Assembly: GCF_000181795.1 (NCBI RefSeq)
Contig: NW_003526941.1
Span: 6,115,008 to 6,177,956, forward strand
Source: Trichinella spiralis
Lineage: Eukaryota
Length of the DNA stretch: 62,949 bases
Direction: 5' to 3'
The notes under the pieces are model-generated. The model had not been told where the DNA came from, ran no database searches, and saw nothing but the letters and a program-made list of their open reading frames with translations. Position numbers and translations under genes: made by a program. Below are positions 55,270 through 62,949 of the stretch, in pieces. Every line of letters starts with the position of its first letter. Position 1 is the stretch's first letter.

Positions 55270-56525
55270 TCATTGCGCTCGTAATAATACTAAGCTGAAC
55301 AGAGATCGCATTAAACTGAAAATTCTGCCCACCCCCTATTTCGAGATGAATGAACAGCACTTTGCTGTTTTTATCTCATATAAATCTAATTTCTCATAAT
55401 TGTTATCGACTGACAATATAACCAAATCCAGGCTACTCGTCATTCTTTTCTTTTATTCTTTTCATGAAATGCAATACAGAATTGTCACCCTCATAAGTTT
55501 CTTGAATTCATTGCAAATCGATCAGTTGCTGAATTTCTGCGATTAGGGTTTTTCTCACATTGTATGAAACGCGCTGATGCAGTGCTCAGCCAAGTTTGCA
55601 GTCTTACTGTAAATAATCGTAAGGCGCAAACGTACGTGGAAGTGAGCTGTCAAGCGGCATACCCCCTTGTGCAGCCGCTTACCAAGATTATGTCAACGCT
55701 GCGCACTTGTTAAATTCTGTGCTGAGATAAATTGTATATTACAAAATTTCATGACAACTGTTTAATTTTCCATAAATCTGAAAAAGTATTTTATTCTCGA
55801 AACTATTTTCAGTGGAAGCTATATTTTATTATCCATATAATTTTGATTAGATGAAAAACATTGATAAAATATAAATTATTGAATCAACTTGTACTTTCAT
55901 GCAACTAAATCACAACATGCATAAATACGCAGTGATAGCATTTCCGTTTATTTTTAGTAATTTTCGATGCTTCAGGTTAATAATATTTCCTTTTAGGTAA
56001 TTTTAGGGAAAAATATTTGCATAACAATGCCATATTACGTAGTAATATGAAGTGTGTAAATAGAAACGTAATAAATTTCATCGTGTCGGTTCATAATGTT
56101 GTTCATATTGTTTATTTTAGTGCCCTATTACTGATGGAAAATTAGGGTGTTCTTCGCGTAGCAAAGTAAATAGTTATTTGCATAATTTACTTATTATACA
56201 ATTGACCAAGCACATCGATTTTATTAGGTTATGCAGTTCACTGCAATGCTATCAATCTAGCATGTGGTCAACTATAATTCCGCTCTTCAACACCATCCAT
56301 GAATAACTGGTAAGTTGGTTTTGGTATTTTGGTGGTGGCATGCTATGCATGTTACTTTACATATATGGTGAATGGAAACTGGCGGGTTTCTTTTCTATTG
56401 TTGTTATTGCTAACATTCAGGTACATCAGATGCTGAAGAAAAAGGAATTCTTCTTTTATTCATATCAATGAATATGAAACAACCAAATTCTGAAAACTAA
56501 GTGAATACGGTAACTATGCATCATG
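55270..56525 (+). repeat. Left high-identity arm of a long inverted repeat
   Basis: Reverse complement of 61640-62949. 55270-55857 matches 62362-62949 with no difference found by eye (coordinate sum constant at 118219); scattered substitutions and an indel follow. Confidence 0.95.
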
Positions 56526-56899
56526 ATGAATATGCCTTGCTTTTTACTTGAATTTTTTTGTTAAATTTAGGTTGAAGGTGGCAGTGACAATAGCGTCACA
56601 TTGCTTTCATTCTAACTGCAGTACTAATATTAAATTATCATGTATAGGATATCATAGATTGAGTGGTCTTGATTCAATTCTTTTAAGAATTGAAAATTAC
56701 ATTTGCTTTGCTACATTTTGAAAATGCCCAGATGCAATCTATTATCAGTAAAGACAGGTAAATGCTGTTGGACAGTGGTTGTTGGAGTTGCTGACCTAGC
56801 GTTCAAAAAACGTATGACAAAAAAACAGTAAGTGTTGAATTTGATAGAAAGACGATAGACGTATTAGATATAGGTAGAATTAGGTAACTTCTGTAATTA

Positions 56900-57985
56900 C
56901 AGATTACGTCATCAGCTGAGTTTTTATGGTGTTCCTTTTGCTCTGGGCAACGTGGTAAGTCATGTTCACATAATTTCGTTCTAAATTTGCCATCACTAGC
57001 TTCCGTAAGTATTGAATTTGCTTCTGATTGCAGTTGGATCGTACAGTGTGTTTGTGCAGTGACGTTTCCCAGTTGTTATAGTGTGGTTTCACTTATCATA
57101 AAAGTAACATCGAATGGATTGTAATTGTAGCAGATTTCGCTAAGTCAGTCGAGTAGCGTTCTTACAAATCCTGACAGCGCACTGATGCTTGTTGCTGTCA
57201 GTGCGTTTCCAATGTGATATCATAATAATTAATGAGTAGCTTTTGTTTATAATAACTATGTATTACGTCATCCCATGAAGCTTGTTTCGTTGGCAACCCT
57301 TGTTCACATGGACATAAAGGCGTTTCCTAGCCGTCCCAGTGTGCCTTTGCTTATCACATATAGTATCGTTTATCAGTAAGTATTGAATTTGATTAATTAG
57401 CTGGAAGATGCGAGTGTTACATGAATTGAATTAGATAACATCTATAATGAAAGATAACATCATTAGCTGAACTGTTTTCAACTTTCTTTCGCTCTGGACA
57501 CCGTGTTTGGTCATGTTCACATCAGTTTGTTCTAGATGTGGCATCACAAACATCCGTAAGTATTTAACTTCCTCCTGATTGCAGTTGGATACGTAAAGTG
57601 TGCACATTTTATCCATGACAGCATTACATTAACATCAAGCGAATTCGATGTTTCTTCTGATCGCCCTCTGAGTTGAAGTTGACGCAGTGACGTTCATCAT
57701 TGGTACTAGTGTGGTTTCATTTATCATAAGAGTAAGAAAGAAATAAATGATTGTAATTCTAGCAGATTACGTTGAGACAGTCGAGTAGCGCTGGTGCACG
57801 TATACATGTTTCGTGAGTGCGTTTCCAATGTGATATGACAAAAATTAGTAAGTAGTTTTTGTTTATAATAGCTGTGGATTATGTCGTCTCATGAAGCCCG
57901 TACTGATGCCAACCAGTGTTCACCTGGCGTTTCAATTCCGTTTTCTAGCCGTCCCAGTGTGCCTTTACTTATCACAAATAGTACG
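56900..57985 (+). repeat. Two diverged tandem copies of a ~470-530 bp unit (A ~56900-57370, B ~57455-57985)
   Basis: Shared colinear blocks: ccgtaagtatt, ctgattgcagttggat, gcagtgacgtt, tagtgtggtttca, cagtcgagtagcg, gtgcgtttccaatgtgatat, ctagccgtcccagtgtgccttt. Confidence 0.85.
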
Positions 57986-58404
57986 AAGGAATTTCCTATT
58001 ATGACAGCAATGAAATATGTTAAATAAATAGAACAGGTATCCCAGCATTTTGTTCTTGATAGCAATAGATTACGTCATCAGAAAATTTTTGTTTAGTCGC
58101 AGCTATGGCACTCTCAAATTGCGTTTCCTACGGTTCTGATGTTTTTCCTTGTCACGCAAGGTAAGGTAGAATTGCATTATCTTTTTGTAGAATTGTATTT
58201 AATGTTTTAGTGCGTAACTGTGAAGACGAGAGCCGCATCTTGAATGATCTCCATCGAATAACGTTTATTATGCTGCTGTTATTCGTCTTCAATGTAACTG
58301 TAATATTCAACTGTAATATTGTAATATGGTATATGACTGAATTTTAGAATCATGGCATTTTTATATCAAATTCTTCATTTAGTGCAGTAGAGATAGCGTA
58401 AAGT

Positions 58405-58635
58405 AATGGTACGTAGCATCAAAGTAAGTGGACAAAGTAATGCAGGTAAGTAGAGTCGAAGAGGATATTTTAAAGTGATTCCGTACAGGTAAATGGACTG
58501 CAGGTAAGTACTGAAGGTAAGTACGATAACGTAGGCTGCAGGTGAGTAAAGTAAAAGTTGTGCAGGTAAGTATATAAAGAAGAATGATATCGTAGAATTA
58601 AGTGGATTGAAGAGCAGAGGTAAAGGTAAGTATGA
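58405..58635 (+). repeat. Irregular array of 5' splice-site consensus motifs (AG|GTAAGT / AG|GTGAGT)
   Basis: AGGTAAGT at ~58444, 58502, 58515, 58564 and 58624; AGGTGAGT at ~58540; AGGTAAAT at ~58487. Spacers differ. Confidence 0.8.
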
Positions 58636-58709
58636 GGCGTAACTCTACGCCGAGTGGAGTACGGGAGAGCGCACTGGGGAAATTCTAAAGCATGCAAGTA
58701 TCGAATAAG

Positions 58710-59255
58710 TTATGCAAATTTTCGAAAAAATACCTGAGGGAATGCCCTGGGCATAGCCTGAAAGCAAAAGAAAATTTGCATATCCCCCTGAAGGCAAATA
58801 TTGTGCAATAAAATGCTTTGGGCGTAGCCTGCGGGAATATGCAAATTTTTATTTGCCCTGGGGCATAGCCTGAGGCGACGCCTGCGGCTAAATTTCAAAA
58901 AATTTCGAAATTTTCAAAAAATTGCCTGAGGCATAGCCCCAGGCGTAGCCTGAGGGCATATAAAAATTTGCATATTACCCTGAGGCGATTAAAAATTTGC
59001 ATAAAAGCTCCCTGAGGGCAAATATTGTGCTATAAATTGCCTGGGGGATAGCCTTAGGGCATATGCAAATTTTTATTTGCCCTGAGGCGTAGCCTGAGGG
59101 CAAAGCCTGGGGCTATATTTTAAAAAATTCGAAATTTTCAGAATTTTGCCTGAGGCATAGCCTAGGGCGTAGCCTTAGGGCAAATAAAAATTTGCATATT
59201 ACCCTTAGGCTATTAAAAATTTGCATATTTTATTAAATAAATCGCCTCAGGCTTT
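58710..59255. repeat. ~224-bp-period self-palindromic tandem repeat (~2.5 units) rich in ATGCAAAT and GCC-N3/4-GGC
   Basis: The segment cctgaRggcaaatattgtgc recurs at ~58788 and 59011. Each unit is symmetric around TTCGAA (~58904, ~59128). Eight ATGCAAAT/ATTTGCAT octamers were counted. Confidence 0.9.
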
Positions 59256-59299
59256 TTAAAATGTGTAATTTCAATCTTCACATGTATACTTCACCCTGA

Positions 59300-59770
59300 A
59301 CACTACTTACCTTATCTTTTTACATTACCTTCACACTTATACTTACCTTCTCCCTATACACTACTTACCTTCACACTTATACTTACCTTCTCCCTATACA
59401 CTACTTACCTTCACATTTATACTTACCTTCTCCCTATACACTACTTACCTTCACACTTATACTTACCTTCTCCCTATACACTACTTACCTTCACACTTAT
59501 ACTTACCTTCTTACCACTTACCTTCATCCTATACATTACCTACTTTCAGTTATACTTACCTTCACCGTAAACACTACTTACCTTCACACTTATACTCACC
59601 TTCTTACTACTTTTCATCCTATACACTACCTACTTTCACAGTTATACTTACCTTCACACTTCACACTACCTGCCTTCACCTATGCAGTACTCACCTTCAC
59701 ATTTATACTTACCTTACCTGACTTACCCTTAACTATTAGACTACTTACCTATTTATCTTCATACTTACCC
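59300..59770 (-). repeat. Minisatellite built on ACTTACCT (minus strand AGGTAAGT); near-perfect 40-bp unit at 59341-59510
   Basis: The unit acttaccttctccctatacactacttaccttcacacttat occurs ~4.25 times, with degenerate flanks. I counted 16 ACTTACCT, 2 ACTCACCT and 2 ACTTACCC. Confidence 0.92.
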
Positions 59771-60239
59771 ATAGTCTGCTTCCTTGTCTTTTTAGACTTA
59801 TGATAGACTTGACTTTTTAGACTTATCTAAATGAAAAATCTTGAAACACTAGTACCAGACAATAATTATAAAAATTATAAAAAGCAATTATGAAAAAATT
59901 ATGAAAAGCACCATTATAAAAACCTGAAAAACTAATACGACAAAATTTACAACAATTTACAACAATTTACAAAATTACAAAATACAATTTAAACTTTATT
60001 CATCTATATCTAAACGTAATTTGATTCTGAAAATATTTGCAAAACAAGTGTGCTGAAAAGTAAAGCATTTTAAACAACATTGATATAAAACAACCATATT
60101 GTAAAAAATTAAAGACAAACAACAGTGTTGTTCCTTAATTGCTAAGTATACAAATTTGTGGAAAAACTACGTGGTATTCGTACAACATTTGTCCTTCATG
60201 ATGCAACCTTCAACAGTTATGCGCTGAAATTTCCAATTC

Positions 60240-60720
60240 TTAGCATGTGATAAGCAACAACGCAGTGTGGATGCTATCACTCATCAATAAAAAACAATCT
60301 GCACTTACAAAATACTTACCTACTCGCAAAATACTCTACAAAAATACTCACCAAACGCACTGATGGCAACACGCACTAACAGACTTGTATGATGTATCTG
60401 AAAACCAGTGCAAATCGACTATATTCACGATATATGCTACTATTACAATCATTATTTAATTATACCGTACTCCTGTGATAAGCGAAGCCACACAGATTTC
60501 TGGACCAATACTGGGTAACGGCATTAAGCCAACTTAAACTAACGCAGGAGTATGAACGTACATCTACTCGATGTTGATGATGTAATCCATTCCTATAATG
60601 GGCAAAATGTGTACTTTATTTCTGTGATGGCACATTTAGAGCACATTGAAGTAAAGGTGACATACCATGATGGCAAGAGCAACAGGAATTCCAAAACATT
60701 CAATTATGTTGACGTACACT
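60240..60720 (-). repeat. Diverged inverted copy of the 56900-57985 repeat unit
   Basis: The reverse complement contains tgtggcttcgcttatcacaggagta, aatgattgtaatagtagcat, atggtatgtcac...tctaaatgtgccatcac and tacgtca, colinear with copies A and B. Confidence 0.7.
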
Positions 60721-61639
60721 ATTTAATTCGATAACAAGAAGCATACAGGATCAGATATAAGTAGAATTAGAAGACATTCATTATAGTAACAGATTATAGA
60801 TACTCAATTACTTACAGATTTTTGTACATCTTTTCAATCCATTGAGGGAAACCCGAACCACCATTAGAGAAAGATATTCAAGTTCATAGAAATAATTCCA
60901 CTGCACTGACACAACCCATTGCTATAATAAAGTGCATAAAATTCATTCTTACTGTGACGATGAAGAAAACCAGAAAGCGGAACCGTTGAGACACATGACT
61001 GATCACGGTAGAAACATGAACAGAGCAATAGTCAAACTAAAAAATAGATACTAAATAACACAGCGAAATAAAACATTGGATTACAAAATGAATGAAATTC
61101 AAATATCATCGTGATGCACTGTTATTCGGCTTCAATCACTTTTTATAATACGGCTGCTTCTCATAAGTATCATTTCAACCGCTATCCTGAGTTCATTAAA
61201 GCGCACGCAACGTAAGATACAGAAATAAATAAAGTTGCATTATGTCCTTGATGATATACTAATGAAGACAATTCAAAAAAAATAAAAAAAGTTGAAATTA
61301 TTTAATAATTAGTGTCATATAAACAGAATATTTTTTACCCACACTCGTTCCATATATTGCGTTGTATTATCTTGTACATCTAAAAATTTCTAATGTATAT
61401 TTCAAATGTAAAATTCAAATTTCAAATTTACTAAAATCAAAAGCAACCAATCTATAATATTACTTACATTACGTTGCACGTACGAATACAATAACAGACG
61501 TGCTGCTGCTGATGGCGTTGCTAACTTACAATCTAAATATGTCGCAAATAATCATTTTGCGCAGCTGCTTGTTGGCCATCATTGTTATTGAAATTTCACG
61601 GAAATAAACAAGATTGCAAATCAACAGAAAATGAAAATA

Positions 61640-62949
61640 ATTATGATGCATACTGTCATAATGTTCTCAAAATAGGATTTTTTATATTCATTGATATGAA
61701 AATACAATAATGTAAATTCAAAATGTGAATTATATTAATGCAGTCATCTCTAAATAAAAACAGAAATAGATACTTCTTCGTCTTCAGCATCTCATGTACC
61801 TGAAAGTTAGCAATAACAACAATAAAAAAGAAACCCGTCAGTTTCCATTCACCATATAAGAAAAGTAACATGCATAGCATTCCACCACCAAAATATCAGA
61901 GCCAACTTACCAGTTATTCATGGATGGTGCTGAAGAGCGGAATTATAATTGACCACGTGCTAGACTGATAGCATTGCAGTGAACAAAATAGCCTAATAAA
62001 ATCGATGTGCTTGGTCAATTGTATAATAAGTAAATTATGCAAATAACTATTTACTTTGCTACGCGAAGAACACCCTAATTTTCCATCAGTAATAGGGCAC
62101 TAAAATAAACAATATGAGCAACATTATGAAACGACACCATGAAATTTATTACGTTTCTATTTACACACTTCATATTACTACGTAATATGGCATTGTTATG
62201 CAAATTATTTCCCTAAAATTACCTAAAACGTAAACTTATTAACATGAAGCATCGCAAATTACTAAAAATGAACGGAAATGCTATCACTGCGTATTTATGC
62301 ACGTTGTGATTTAGTTGCATGAAAGTACAAGTTGATTCAATAATTTATATTTTATCAATGCTTTTCATCTAATCAAAATTATATGGATAATAAAATATAG
62401 CTTCCACTGAAAATAGTTTCGAGAATAAAATACTTTTTCAGATTTATGGAAAATTAAACAGTTGTCATGAAATTTTGTAATATACAATTTATCTCAGCAC
62501 AGAATTTAACAAGTGCGCAGCGTTGACATAATCTTGGTAAGCGGCTGCACAAGGGGGTATGCCGCTTGACAGCTCACTTCCACGTACGTTTGCGCCTTAC
62601 GATTATTTACAGTAAGACTGCAAACTTGGCTGAGCACTGCATCAGCGCGTTTCATACAATGTGAGAAAAACCCTAATCGCAGAAATTCAGCAACTGATCG
62701 ATTTGCAATGAATTCAAGAAACTTATGAGGGTGACAATTCTGTATTGCATTTCATGAAAAGAATAAAAGAAAAGAATGACGAGTAGCCTGGATTTGGTTA
62801 TATTGTCAGTCGATAACAATTATGAGAAATTAGATTTATATGAGATAAAAACAGCAAAGTGCTGTTCATTCATCTCGAAATAGGGGGTGGGCAGAATTTT
62901 CAGTTTAATGCGATCTCTGTTCAGCTTAGTATTATTACGAGCGCAATGA
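61640..62949 (-). repeat. Right high-identity arm of the long inverted repeat (truncated by window end)
   Basis: Reverse complement of 55270-56525; the match runs to the last base of the window. Confidence 0.95.

Noticed and set aside
58405..59770. Splice-site arrays as U1 snRNA genes, SL RNA genes or a CRISPR array
   Set aside because: Only the 8-10 nt motif matches. There are no U1 or SL stem-loops and no Sm site at the expected spacing, units are too short, spacers are repetitive, and the context is eukaryotic with no cas genes.
55270..62949. Autonomous DNA transposon with long terminal inverted repeats
   Set aside because: No transposase, integrase or polymerase ORF lies inside, and the termini and target-site duplications are not visible. 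Kept only as a foldback hypothesis.

Overview
AT-rich eukaryotic genomic DNA with short GT-AG introns, TTT(C/T)AG acceptors and many CAG/AAT/CAA microsatellites. The style suggests a nematode, possibly Trichinella-like (inference). I reconstructed five spliced genes by eye: (1) a six-finger Gfi-1/PAG-3/Senseless-type C2H2 factor (10388-14397, +); (2) SF3B6/p14 (19864-20536, +), which the ORF track misses; (3) a ~1276-aa secreted multi-CBM14 (peritrophin-A) chitin-binding protein whose seven introns are all phase 1 (21403-26746, +); (4) a two-WH2 actin-binding protein (29121-27647, -); (5) a ~2100-aa SOGA/MTCL-type coiled-coil protein (38036-48975, +). After an 846-N gap, the last ~7.7 kb (55270 to the window end) is one giant imperfect palindrome. 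Its arms look identical at the outer ends and decay inwards. Its centre holds a ~224-bp-periodic, self-palindromic core rich in octamer (ATGCAAAT) and GCC-N3/4-GGC motifs. Arrays of consensus 5' splice sites (AG|GTAAGT / AG|GTGAGT) flank the core on both sides and point towards it. This locus is the most unusual thing in the window.
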